A DNA stretch of 64,000 bases, taken from Octopus bimaculoides. Taxonomy: Eukaryota. This document shows positions 49,799-63,666 of the stretch, in pieces. The stretch lies in NCBI RefSeq assembly GCF_001194135.2, contig NC_068990.1, positions 93,426,006-93,490,005 of the forward strand, given 5' to 3'. Under the pieces are notes generated by a model, which was not told the origin of the DNA, made no database searches, and saw nothing but the letters and a program-made list of their open reading frames with translations. The translations under genes and the position numbers were made by a program. How positions within the stretch are numbered: the stretch's first letter is position 1; every line of letters begins with the position of its first letter.

Positions 49799-49986
49799 AG
49801 AATATACGAAAAAACAGCAACAGACGAGGACAGGTGGTGTAAATAACAAAAGGATGTATTAGCATGATGCTCAGGAATACGGAAAATCTTTGACGTTTCG
49901 AGCTACGCTCTTCAACAGAAAGAATACGGAGACAAGGAGAAAAACATGGAGAGAAAAAAATTGAATAGTGTTCAGCCAACGGTCAA
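49797..49986 (-). mobile_element. Short element between (TA)n and (GA)n tracts carrying a hammerhead-like motif; probable Penelope-like terminal fragment
   Basis: Minus strand 49923-49887: TCTTT-CTGTTGA-A-GAGC-gta-GCTC-GAA-AC-GT-C-AAAGA. Confidence 0.5.
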
Positions 49987-49987
49987 T

Positions 49988-50027
<40 letters not shown>

Positions 50028-50959
50028 AGGAGGGGGGAAGGGTGGAGAGATCGAGGGGAGAAAGACAGATACATGCACGTGACACAAACATGGTAAAGAT
50101 GCATGTGAAATACATGTGAGATAGTTAGAGCATGCACCTGTCCAACATAAAATATATCAAATGTCACATGTAAAGAAGTTTTCACCCTTATAAGGGTGAT
50201 ACCACCCTTTAGATTTCTCTAACCTACCCAAGTATTGTCAACATGCAACTTAGAATCTCCAGGCCAAGAACATTAATCACTTTGATCTCTGCAATCTGAG
50301 AGGACTTACAGTTGCCATAGGCACAGCTCATTTCTCCCCCCAAAAGTAGAAGCAAATATCCAAAACAGCTGTCAAGATAAGACTATTACATCATTCCATT
50401 TGTTTATTTGAATTCCATGTAAATGCATTCATTAAGCCTACTTGCATTTATCTGCCCTTTTTTACCTCCAGACCTACTCAACAAAGACTGTTGTTATGGC
50501 TGACTTTCAACATTGGAGCCACCTGTCTTGAATGAAGGAGCTGGAATTTTAAGTTCTCATTTATCTGAGCATTACTTTGTGAATGTCTATACCATGCCTA
50601 CTTTAGCATTCTCCAATTCTCTCTCTCGAGGGTTCATTATATGTATCTTACACACACATATACATACATGCATATGTATGTATACATACATATATACACG
50701 CACATGTATGTATACATGTATCTGAATCTATACGTATTACACCAACAAACAAAATCAGAGCTAAAACCTTAAGGTAAGCTATTCATCCTCGACACACCTG
50801 AGACCTTTAAGCAAATATTTATGTAAGGACAGGACCCAGTTGATCCTTGGTAACTGTCCCACCCAGAAATAATAAAACTCCAAGAGAGGAATTGATCCTA
50901 TAATCATTAAGTTAGCAGTCCAACATCTTGTTTACTCAGACATTCCATTATATAGTAGA

Positions 50960-51392
50960 GATGAGAGAGAAAGAGGTGGGGGGGNNNNNNNNNNNNNNNN
51001 NNNNNNNNNNNNNNNNNNNNNNNNNNNNNNNNNNNNNNNNNNNNNNNNNNNNNNNNNNNNNNNNNNNNNNNNNNNNNNNNNNNNNNNNNNNNNNNNNNNN
51101 NNNNNNNNNNNNNNNNNNNNNNNNNNNNNNNNNNNNNNNNNNNNNNNNNNNNNNNNNNNNNNNNNNNNNNNNNNNNNNNNNNNNNNNNNNNNNNNNNNNN
51201 NNNNNNNNNNNNNNNNNNNNNNNNNNNNNNNNNNNNNNNNNNNNNNNNNNNNNNNNNNNNNNNNNNNNNNNNNNNNTCTGATGAGGGAAAAAGAGGTGGG
51301 GGGTTGTCTGCTGAGAGAAAGTGGGGGGGTTGTGTGATGAGAGAGAAAGAGGTGGAGGTTTGTGTGATGAGAGAGAAAGAGGTGGGGGTTTG
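50960..51392. repeat. About 29-bp purine-rich tandem repeat (GATGAGAGAGAAAGAGGTGGGGG...) spanning an N-gap
   Basis: The same unit is on both sides of the gap 50985-51276. Confidence 0.7.
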
Positions 51393-51803
51393 ACAGTGTT
51401 ATAGAATATTGTAGTGGACTTCTTCCAACTACATTTATTTACATCCTTAAGCTGCTCTTTGGTAGGTCATAGTATAAAACTTAGTGGTACTATATCATGG
51501 TAGCAACCAATATCTGTTTTCACTGAATACTTCCATGACAATTTCATTGTGCCAATGTCTCATTGCCTGGCACAGAGCCAACTTCCTCAATACTAGACTC
51601 CTTCCTGTTGAGGGGTTGTCTTGCAAATTACTTGGTCAACTCACTGGTGCTGGTACAATGTACACTGCCGTAAAGCGGTTGGCATTAGGAAGGGCATCTA
51701 GTCATAGAAACCATGCCAAAGTAAACATTGGGGCTTGGCATCTAATCGTACCAAAGAAGAAATTGGAACCAGCTCTTCTAACCCATGTCAGTATGGAAAA
51801 CAG

Positions 51804-51838
<35 letters not shown>

Positions 51839-52919
51839 TAACAGTTTCTTCACTATTTTCACAGCAGATACTGTTCTAAATGGAATACACATCAATATTT
51901 TCGTGTCTGTCCATGTAGGCATATCATCACTATTAAAATGGAACCTTAAGATAGGTGTTGCTCTCTAACAGAATGCAGATTTCATCAAGTGGTACCAACT
52001 GTTATTGGCTCAAGCATGAATACATTCTCTGAGACTTACTAAACATGCCTTCAGATGTGTCTTAAATGGAGACCCTAGATCCTTCTTCTTTCCTAATATA
52101 ATCAGCCACCCCTCTTCATATATAGTCTTCTTGTAACGATTTCTCTTTAATCATTTTTCATTACTTCCATCACATCCCTTGTAAAATCTTAACATGATGT
52201 TGATGTAGCATCCTGTATTCTGATACCTTGGAGTCAACAACAGACTCAGCCATTGTTTTCTTTTCCTTATTTTACATTGTAATTGTCATCATCACTATCA
52301 TTGTTTTAGCATCATTTTTCTATGCTTGTTTGGCTCAGACAGAATTCATTTCGGTAGATTTTCTATGGCTGGACATGTTTTCATGGAAGACTGGATAAAA
52401 AGAACACCACTTGTATGATGACTATGTTCATTTTACAAGTTTTGTGCAATGTCAAAGCAAGGAGACGCAAATACAACCAGGCACACACACAAAATCATTG
52501 TCTTAACATTCAATTTTCCATGCATGCATGAGTCAGACAGAATTTGTTGAGGCAGATTTTCTATGGCCGGATGCACTTCCTGTAGCCAATCATCAGCTGT
52601 ATCCAAGCAAGGTATTTCCCTAAAGCTGAAGGTGTCTTCATGGAAGGCTGGAAATGAATCATACCACTTGTACGGCAGTAACACTCATTTATAACGCTCA
52701 TGCAATGTCTGGACCAAGAGACAGTAAAACACATACACACACATATATATACACATACACAATGGGTTTCTTTCAGTTTCTGTTTACCAAACCCACTCAC
52801 AAGGCTTTGGTCAGCCTGAGGCTATAGTAGAAGATACTTGCTCAAGGTGCCATTAACTAGGACTGAACTCCAGATCAAGTGGTTGGGAGGTAAACTTCTT
52901 AACTCCTATCATGAATTTT

Positions 52920-55120
52920 TTTCTTGATTTTCAGAAATTTCGTACCGGATGCTAACAACTTCAGACCAAGCCAAAAAAATCGCAAATAAATCTACTTCGT
53001 GTGTCTAGAACAGTCGGCTTGTTCGAGAGTCCTGACTTTAGCCAAATTACTTTGGTTTTTCAAATGGCTCTTCAAATAGTTTACAAACATGTGACTTGCT
53101 TTAAAAAAGATATTTATCGACCAAGTAATTAAATAACTTCATAACCATATTTCCCATTATTGGAGTGATTTTTCGTTTTTCATTGACAAATATAACATTG
53201 TGTATGAAATTGACATCAACCAACCGTAACATTTACAACGTTTCTACTTTTGTTCTTGACCAAAGTTGGATAGGATTCCTATACGATTACCTTCACTGCT
53301 CCCACTGGTCGTTGGACATAGAATGAGACTCTGATATTGAATAGTTTCTCGTCTTATCATTTGTACTTTAATAAAGTCTAAAGTGTTTTAATTATTATTA
53401 CAAATAAACAAGCTGTTGATAACGGACCCCTTAGTATAACTACAATCATGGAAAGAAAAAAACCCCACTTCTCTCTGTTCCAGTCGTTATTGTCAATCGA
53501 TAGTTTAACCAACAATTTATCGATGTTCAACGTTTATTTATTCCATCAATTTGGCGGAAAATTGTAATAATTTAAGAAGACAGATTAATGAGCCGTGCTA
53601 GGTTACCATATTCATCAGGTATATGGAACGTGTACATTTATTGATAAATATCTGTATGATCCAGAAAAAGCAAGTGTTACAATCAAGGTTTTCGCAAAAA
53701 CATATACATATGTGAGTGCATGTGTGTGTGCGTGTGCGTCTGTGTATAATATACCAGTGTTTATAAATACATACATACATATGTATATATATTCATTGTG
53801 AGGGGGAGATTTAAGAAGAAACTTCTAAATAATGCACGAAGAATGAAAGAGCTCTTAACTCGGATATCGCATTAAAAAGACAATTTCTCTCCGTATATAT
53901 ATTTATATATAAAAGAAAAAACATACATTAAGCGAAAAAAGATTTTAAAATCAAAATCGTAGAAAGAAAATGGTTGGCGCTACGTTGTAGAATTGAATTC
54001 CATCAGTGAAATAGTGTATGTGTGTGTGTATATATATATATACATACATACATTATATATATATATATAATGTATGTATATATATATATGTTTGTATGAA
54101 TATGTAAAGTAGTTGTGTGGATATATCTATCTGTATGTGTGTTTATTTGATAGATGACAATTTATTCTGCTCTTTCAAATTGTTATGAAAGCAATTATAA
54201 TGAAGAGCAACAAAAAGCAAAAACACCTCTCTATGCCCCAACATCACACACACACACATATATATAAGGTAGATAGATAGATACACTGTGGTGTGATTCT
54301 GAGTGGCTATATGTAAATGTGTTTACATAAGTGTGTGCGTGTGTGTCTATATATATGTGTGTGTGTGTGTGATGTTGTGACTGTAGGATGTCGGTGATGA
54401 ATGAGTTGCCATCGGAGTCCAACAGTAAACACCGAGCGCAGTATGTTTCTCAATGAATGTAGGATGAATATCGACAACATAAACAAATGTGCGATGAGGT
54501 GAGGCAGTTTAAAGTTGTGTTTTGGGGGGGAATAAAACAACAGACGTCTGCTATTATTATGAAATGGAAGGGACAGATTGGACGTCATGGAGCTTCACCT
54601 GCCACAATAAACAGACACACCACCGGACATTGGTGCAGAATACATGGAATCGTAAACTATGACGTGACAAAGAATTAGGATAGAAAACTGAAAAACTGTT
54701 CCACTTTACCATATTTTCTTGGTGGATGCTATAGAAAGTCCTATCATTAGCATCAGAACACAGCCATGTTTCAACTCCACGGTGCTACAGATGAAGGGGA
54801 GGAGAAAGGAGACAGTTATTCGCCCTTGTCCACAAAAACATTCTCTAATTACTCGACAGGTAGCGCTCCCTGTACGTCATTCATCTAATAATAGTGCAGT
54901 GGCGAAGACGGTGGCGGTGAATGCGTTCAGTGTTGATGGTGGTGATGGCGGGAGGTGTAAACACTAACGGTTCTTATGATAATAGTGGTGGTGGTGGTGG
55001 CGGTGGCGATGTAAAAACGCTCACAGTCCTTATGCTGGTGATGGTGGTGGTGATGACGATCGAGGTGATTCTGTGTGATAGACATGACAACATCGCTAAA
55101 TATTGCTTCTCTTAAGTGAA
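52920..55120. promoter_or_regulatory. Second CpG-rich, repeat-poor region; likely promoter/5' end of the plus-strand gene
   Basis: Visible CpG enrichment and few SINEs, 6-8 kb upstream of the 61391 exon. Judged by eye. Confidence 0.35.
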
Positions 55121-57018
55121 TTTGTTAACTTTTAGGTTCCAAAATGCATATTGAGAAAAATGAAGCAGAAAGAAATGCGAGACTTGTAATGTCCTATTAG
55201 TATTGTGTATCTAATTAAGATTCAGTTGAATTAGGTACTTAAATTGAGGCACCTTGCCAGTTCGGTATAGTCCGCACAGCTCCAAGTTAGGTGAACAGAA
55301 TGTAAATTAGTAACAAGGAGGTATCCTTGTTACTTATTTATGTGGGTGTGTGTATTAATATTTAGCAGAAGTAACAGAGTGGCTCAAGGTCCGAGATTTT
55401 CGTGTGTTGGCATGAATATATATATATATAAACACACACATACGTGTGAGTGTTAGTTCACACTACGAAATAAATAAAATTTATCTAACACTATACTCAT
55501 GTTGTATCGATGTAATATGAAAGTAAACTTGGCTTGAAACAATTCCAGCGAAGTAAAGGCTGTGGTAAGAAGCTTGCTTCCCAACCACATTGTTCCTCAG
55601 TTCAGTCTTATAGCGTGGCACACTTGTCTTCTTGGGCTGATCCAAAAGTGTGTGTGTTTGTATCTGTGTATATTCAGTTTTATTTCGAAATTTCTTGCCA
55701 TTGAGTTCTTGTAGTAGCCAGCTCTTTGACAGAAAGAGGAAAAAATGGAGAGCGAATATATAGGGAGAGAGAGAGAGAGTACCAGTTGAACACTGGGTTG
55801 ATGTAATCAACGCATCACCATCTCCCCCAAGCTGCCCTTGTGACAAAATTTGAATTCATTATTATTATCATAGGACATGCTCAACTGGTTAAGGTCAAAC
55901 AAGTGACAAGCAAATCTGTGGTATTGAGCAGAATATTTGCTGTAGCCCATCTTTTATACCAAGACCAAGCAATGTACATGATAACACTTCCAGTCAGTTA
56001 AGATCAGGAACCATGAGAGCCATTGCCGGGTACTTTATCATCATCATCATCATCATCGTTGTTGTTGTTAAGGTTGCAAGCTGCAAGAACCATTAACATA
56101 CCAAACTAAAAACACAGTGGCATTTCCTGTGGCTCTTGATGTTCTGAGTTCAAATGCTGTTGAGGTCATCTATGTTTTCGTTGTTTTGGGGGTCAATAAA
56201 ATTAAGTCTCAGTCAAGCACTGGGTAAGTGGAGGACGAGGGGTCAATGTAATCGACTACCCCCCCCCCCATCCTTATGCCAATGACAGAAAGCATTGTCA
56301 TTAGGAAGCAGAGTTGTCACTGCATCAGACAAAATTGCTCAGCAGCATTTCATCCGAAGTTTTGTGTTCTGAATTCAAAACTTATCTAAGGCTGATTTTG
56401 TTTTTCAGCTTTTGGGTAAGATGTTGACAGAATAAGTACCAGATATGTTCTGGGGTTGATGTAAATGACTTATGACTTGTCCCCCTCCCCCAAATTTTAG
56501 GTCTTGTAGAAGGGGTATTATTTATGCCTTTATTGGCCACAAGAGGCAAAACATAGAGGGGACAACCAAGGACAGACAAAGGGATTAAGTCAATTACATC
56601 GACTCCAGTGCATAACTGGTACTTATTTTATCGACCCCGAAAAGATGAAAGGCAAAGTCGACCTCGGCAGAATTTGAACTCAGAACGTAAAGACAGACGA
56701 AATACCGCTAAGCATTTCACCCGGCATCCTAACGACTCTGTCAACTCGTTGCCCTTAAGCAAGGGTTATTATTAATGACACTGAACTGGCAGCATCCTTT
56801 GCACTCAAGACAAACAAACCCAACAGTATTTCGTCTGTCTTTATGTTCTGAGTTCAAATTCTGCTGAGGTCGACTTTGCCTTTCATCCTTTCGGGGTCAA
56901 TTAAATAAATACCCAATTGAACACTGAGGTTGATGTAATCAACTAGCCTCCTCCCCTTCAGGTTTGTACTTATTGTAGAAAGTGTTATTATCATCATCAT
57001 CATCATCATCATTATTAC

Positions 57019-57052
<34 letters not shown>

Positions 57053-57054
<2 letters not shown>

Positions 57055-57269
57055 GGTGGTGAGCTGGCAAAATTGTTAGCATGCTGGGCAAAATGCATAA
57101 CAGCGTTTTGTCCATCCTTTCATTCCGAGTTCAAATTCTGTCAAATTCAACTTTACCTTTCATCCTTTTGGGGTCAATGAAATAAGAACCAGTTATGCAC
57201 TGGGGTTGATGTAATCGACTGTCCCCCTCTGCCCCAAATTTCAGGCCTTTGCCTATAGTAGAAAGGATT
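57053..57269 (+). mobile_element. tRNA-derived SINE with a Deu/Nin-like central domain
   Basis: AAGGTGGTGAGCTGGCAAAA head, GAGTTCAAATTC B box, CTTTACCTTTCATCCTTTTGGGGTCAATGAAATAAGAACC segment resembling the recalled Deu/Nin domain. Copies at about 10005-10210(-), 24108-24310(-), 48112-48330(-), 48591-48800(-), 49017-49233(-), 56570-56760(-), 56830-56985(+), 59128-59312(+). Confidence 0.8.
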
Positions 57270-57280
57270 ATTATTATTAC

Positions 57281-57346
<66 letters not shown>

Positions 57347-59772
57347 TATTATTACAACAGTCTGGAAATAATTTTCTCTGTAAATCATTCTATGAAGAAC
57401 GCTCCTCTCCAACCCTTATAACTCTCTTCTGCTTACTGCATATTATCCACGTTTTACTTTCTATTGAAATCGTTTCTGTTAACTGACCCCAATTCTGCCT
57501 TCCTTGAATGTCACTGTTTGCGTTTCATATGGAAAACAACAAATTATTGAATATTTTAACACTCTATTCTTTTCCCTGTTTACCGAAACGATTATGCAGT
57601 GATTTCTCCAACACATGAATGAGATTGTATAACAACTGTGCGACAAGGAAATGTATTCATTAAAATAAATGTTGTTACTGTGTTATTAACGATGATGGTA
57701 TTTAGAGCAGAGGGTGTGTGCAAACAACATTTAACACAAACTACAGAACTACACAATCGGTTTTTTATTGGTCAAACAACAACAATATCTTCAGGGCTTG
57801 TGTAAAATGTAAAAGGCAAATGTGATTAATTAAGAATGTGAGTAATTAAGACATTTCAGCGGATTTTTTTTGGAAAGTTTTCTTGTATTATGTCTGCTTA
57901 TCAAACAGCCATTCCTGCCCCGTGGGTTATCTTCTAGGACAGCTACAGAGGCTTAAATCTGTAAATATAATAAATTCTCTAAATATAGTAAATTAGAACT
58001 AAAGGAATTAAAGAAGGTTATAAAGATTTTAATCTTTGCTGAATCCTTGACAGGGTTTCAATTTCTGGTTGAAGCTATTTCAATTCATTTATGTAAGAAA
58101 TGTCTTTTGAAAGGATATTTACATCACAGCTTCCTATTTCTAGTAAAATGAAAATAAAAATCTCACTATTTGAGCTTAGAAAAAATGAAACTTATTGTTG
58201 AAATCAGAAATTACTATTGAACTGTCTGGATCTGAAATATGCTGGACTAAATGTGTTAGTTTATTTGATATGCTACCCCCTTATTCTAAGTTCAAATCCA
58301 TTTAAGATCATCTTTACTTTTTTTTTCCGTTTAAATGATAAGTAATTGGTATTTAATTGACATGTGGGTCTTTTTAAAGCATTATACTCCTTCCCTTTGT
58401 CTGTAATTTCTTCAAAAGATATTCAGTAGTCAAAATGCATGAATATCAAAAGTTTTTAGCCAAATAGCGTTATCTACCAAATAAGAATTATCTTCCTTAG
58501 CTCATAGTAAATGCTTGAATTCTCTCCCTTACATCGAGGAATGGAAGAAATAATGGTTCAGTGTTGCTGTGTTGGAACGTTAAGCAGTAAAATCTCAACG
58601 AGAATAGAAAGTAGATTATTGGTTACAAGAGAGTCGTGATTCAGTGTTTTGTCAGAATCGTCGGTTGTATATTTTAGAGTGAAGTCAGGACAGCTACCCT
58701 GTCTTACATTACTTAGTTTCTTGGTTTTAAAATAATATCCGGATATTTATGTCAAAATGACAGAAGTTATCAAAAACTGGACAGAACTTGAAATTGTGAT
58801 CTATTGACAATCGATTCGATATTAAATGCCGCTAAGCATTTTTTACCCTGGCGCCCTGACAATTCTGTTGGCTCACCATTTTAGCATGCCTAGACATTAA
58901 TAGCACTTAGTTATGGCTTTCAGCCACAGACTGGTGAAGTTGGTTCTGTTAAGAACTAATTGATCTGTAATAAATATAAGCACTCTTGTTTATCTTAAAA
59001 GAAAGCAAAAGATACTTTTGAATTTTCAGGAAAATAGCACAACACTAACCACTGATTCACATTTTTAGTTAAAAACCTGAAATGTGATAATCTTCATATA
59101 TATAGCTTTGTTATTTTAAAATACACAAAGGTGGGTGAGGTAGCAGAATTTTTAGCAAGCTGGGAAAAATGCTTAGCGCCATTTTACCACTTTTATGTGC
59201 TGAGTTCAAACTCTGCCAAGGTCAACTTTGCCTTTCATCCTTTTGGGGTCAGTGTAATTGACTGGCCCCTTCCTGCAAAGTTTCAGACCTTTATGCCTGT
59301 TAGAGAAAGGATTTTAAAATACACAGAGGGCAACAGTCTTGTTGTTGTCTCTAGTTTTTTGCCTTACACATAGAAACACAAACACACAAGTCAATGTAAT
59401 ACGTGAGTGTGTCTGCGTCAGTGTCTGATGTGTGTGAGTGTGTGCATCATCATCATCACCATCATCGTCATCATTGTCATCATTCAAAGTCTGTTTTTCC
59501 AGGTTGGTAGAGGTGTGTGTGTCTGTGTGTCTGTGTGTATAATTTCTCACTCTCTCTCTCTCTCTCTCTTTCTCCTCCTCCTCCTCATCTCTGATTCGAA
59601 ACAAAATTACTTCCGTAATTCTTGAAGAGAATAAAAAAACTCCCTCTCCGCATTCTCCCTGTTTAGTCCTTTGATGTAAGATTTATCTGCATAAGCCTCT
59701 GATTAGCATCATAAACGTTTTGTGTGTGTGTGTGTAAATGTGCAAATGTGTGTGTATGTGTTTGTGTGTGTG

Positions 59773-59840
<68 letters not shown>

Positions 59841-60692
59841 AGGAGAAATTATACACACATACATAGATAAATAGATTGATAGACAGATAAATAGATAGAT
59901 AGCTACACACACACACACACATACATACATACATGCATACACACGTACATACATACATACACACACACACGCATGCATGCGTGTGTGTGTGTGTATGTAT
60001 GTGTGTATAAATGCTTTGATTATTTCCTGCTCCTTATATAAAGAAGTGCAGAAGTAATGGAACAAACCCTGCTGCTGGGAAGATATTTCAAAAATATTAC
60101 CTCTGTATCACAAGAATTTATGTTTGATGATTGAACAATAAATATTATAATAAGTAATTAAATTGTTATAATGAATTGCTGTAATAAGTAATTAAAATAA
60201 CAAAAAACAAAACAAAACCAGCAACAAAACAGAAAGCCAACGTATAAGATGGCTTTATAAGTGTTATTATAATGACCCTCACTGCTGAGGAACTGTGTTG
60301 CTACATTGGTGTGGATGAGCAGCATGAAGCGTGTGGTGCCTGGTTATTTGGAGGTGAGCGAATCACGACGCAATTATTGGTAGGCCTTACCCCCCCCCNN
60401 NNNNNNNNNNCACACACACACACACACCCACACAGGTAGAGGTGTCACCTTAAGTGTTTGCTCGTGAGTGTGAATGTCGTCTTGGAAACTATCAGTTTAG
60501 ACAGCGTTTCTAATTGTCGCCTGGCTTTGAGCTGTGCGTGTGTGTGTGCAGGTGTGTGAGTGTGTCTGCGTGTGTGTGCACGCGTGTATGTGTGTCTGTG
60601 TAAACAGGCGTAGACGAACACACTGAATGTGTGTGTGTGTGTGTGTGTATGTACACACTTACAGATACAGATATATATGTACATGTGTGTAT

Positions 60693-60764
<72 letters not shown>

Positions 60765-61390
60765 TTCTGACACATTATATATAAACATTGACAAACACTG
60801 GAATCATGAGATATATTAAATCATTCACATATCTATGTATTTATGAATGTACATATACACACACCCTTATGTACATGCGCACATATATAAACACATAAAC
60901 AGACACACACACACAGAGGCTGGTTATAAACTTTAGGAACACAACCACCAAGTCCACTTCTTAAACACACTCACAATGTTTAAGGATTGAAAAGTTTCAT
61001 TCCAGTCATTCAGTCTTTAACAATGTTTCCAGTCGTAATCAAGTGGACCCCAAGGTTTACATGGCGTCAGTGATTGAAGACCAACTTAACTTCAACCACT
61101 TATATTACTCTCGACAGTAAATAAGTTTGTATTTATAACAAATTGATTATTCATTCTCATTAACTGAATGAAGACTTGATCGCACAGTGTTACCCAACAA
61201 CTTGTCAACTTTCACTTTTCACTTCTTTTCTGCACTTTATTTTCCTAACTGAATTGCTTCTAAACAAGGGCAGAGTAGGTTGATCCCAGCTGATTTACTC
61301 AAGGCATTGCACATATTCAGTGAGGATTATTTAGGCAAGAAACAAGACCATCACCTTCTGGTTGTAGGGATCCTTCAGCTAACCCCTACC

Positions 61391-61579
61391 ATGGCTACTA
61401 CTGTTTTATCTGGAAGACAAACAAATAGTTCGAAGCGATCTAAACATAAAAAGGACAAGCTTGTTGCTGATGTTGGCTCAGCAGACAGGAATGGACATAC
61501 GGATCATCTGTTTTCAGTGGAACGTAAAGAAAATGACTGTCCCAGTGAACAAATGGAGATTTCTACGGAAACCGAGATG
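61391..61579 (+). CDS. Probable first coding exon of an unidentified gene (MATTVLSGRQTNSSKRSKHKKDK...EISTETEM)
   Basis: ACCATGG Kozak context, 63 open codons in non-repetitive sequence, ends at a GTAGGT donor in phase 0. Candidate acceptors end at 61320, 61367 and 61378. Basic KRSKHKK cluster. No recognised homology. Confidence 0.5.
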
Positions 61580-62013
61580 GTAGGTGGCATTACATTATAA
61601 ATCTACACACCGCATGTGTATATGTATATATATGTATATATGTAATCACAATAGAACTGGATGGTCAACATGTTTACTTTCTAACCACGACATCCCAGTC
61701 TAATATCATTTTCTGTAGCCTCAGGTTGACCTATAACTTGTGAATGAAATTGGGTGAATGGAAACTGCAAGGAAACCTGTCTGGGCAATTGCATCTGTAA
61801 TTTAAAAGGTACAACCTTGCCACAGTGATTCTGCCTGAAAGTTATGCTAATAATGCATGTCTTCTGTGGAAAACCCAACCACTTATATCCTAATTCAGGA
61901 GCAGGTAATTTGGTAGATGAAACAACTGAATCTCCATCATCAAACAACTCATTCACCACATACACACACACACACATGTATATATGTATGTGTATATATA
62001 TGTGTGTGTGTAT

Positions 62014-62558
62014 GTAATAACTTTTTTGTCATGATAACATGGCTGTTCTATACTTCATTTTAATTCCACAAAAGCGTCTTTTCAAGCTGAGTTAACAACA
62101 CACAACCTGTGTCCTCTATATTGTGAGTAAGAGAGCAAATAACTCCCATCCAGCTTGGCAAGACTAGCAGACCATGGTTTCTGGGTTTTACCCTTCATCG
62201 GTACTGGATAGCTGCCTGCTAGAGATGGCAGTCAATCATCCCTACTCCCAATATATAAACAGAGAAATGGCAGACAGCCACTGATCTCATAACAAGCAAA
62301 ACAGCTAGTTTTAACCCCAGGAAAACGTCTTTTCCAGTACCAATGAAGGATAAAGACCCAGAGACCATGGTCTACTGGTCATGCCAAGCTAGAGGCTAGT
62401 GAATCGCTCCATTACTCACAATATATTGGACACAGCTTGTGTGTTGTTGAGCAGCTGGAAAAGACGTTTTCCTGGGGTTAAAAAGTAGTAACGTAGTTCT
62501 TTATAGAACAGCCATGTTTTAGTGACAAAAAAATGTTACCGTCTCGTATTGTTACTAC
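62014..62558. mobile_element. Fold-back/MITE-like element with about 200-bp imperfect inverted arms
   Basis: 62014-62215 is the reverse complement of about 62325-62540 (e.g. AACATGGCTGTTCTATA / TATAGAACAGCCATGTT; AGACCATGGTTTCTGGGT / ACCCAGAGACCATGGTCT). Confidence 0.75.
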
Positions 62559-63277
62559 TTATATCCCATCTAGAGATTTTAAAAACTACCTATTTTGCTT
62601 GTGTGTGTGTATATATATATATATATATGCATCATAAACAAATATTCAAAACTTAGAAAGCTAGTAACAGGAAGAGTGTTTATATTGTCATGTTTTATTA
62701 ATATGGTTTTCTTTATATAAAAAAATTTATACATCATCGAATTGCATGTTGTGAGGCAACAGTACATACATAGACGTATGTGTGTGTGTGCTGGTGTGTG
62801 TGTGTGCGTGGGGTGTGTGTGTGTTTATGCTTACTGTCTACAAAAAACAGTTTCTCTATTGTAAACATTAGCATGATGAATACATGTACACACATACACA
62901 CGCACTCATTCACTCACACAACATCCATGCACACGCATACACAATGCACACGCATACACAATGCACACGCATACACAATGCACACTTAATGAATAACAGT
63001 TTTACATTTTAATGTAAAAAAATCTACTTTAGTAAATAAACTTTGTTGTGTTTTTTTCACACAAATAAATTTAATCCTTTTGTGTCGCATTAAAATGTCA
63101 AAGTGAGAAGAAGAGGGTCAGAAGAGAGTGATCCGAAGGGTGTCCAGGTGATTGTTACAGAACAAGGAAACACAGGGACTGAGAGTGAGGCCACAAAACA
63201 GATCTGACCAAAATTTTTAAATCTGAAAAAACAATAACAAAAAACAACAACAACAAAATAAAACAAATAGACACAGG

Positions 63278-63666
63278 TGCACCTGTGTGGTAAGAAGCTT
63301 GCTTACCAACTACATGGTTCCGGGTTCAATCCCACTGTGTGGCACCTTGGGCAAGTGTCTTCTACTATAGCCTTGGACCAACCAAAGCCTTGTGAGTGGA
63401 TTTGGTAGACAGAAACTGAAAGAAGCCTGTTGTGTATGTGTGTGTGTGTGTGTATTTTGTGTCTGTGTTTGTCCCCCTTCCCATTGCTTGACAACTGATG
63501 TTGGTATGGTTTATGTCCCCGAAACTTAGCAGTTTGTCAAAAAAGACTGATAGAATAAGTACTAGGCTTACAAGGAATAAGTCCTGGGGTTGATTTGTTC
63601 AACTTTCTGTGCTCCAGCATGGCCACAGTCAAATGACTGAAATGTGTAAACGAGTCAAAGAGTAAA
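63278..63666 (+). mobile_element. SINE family 1 copy
   Basis: Collinear with 1543-2002. Other copies at about 26660-27035(+), 32830-33180(+), 44255-44600(+), 31570-31766(-, tail only). Confidence 0.85.
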
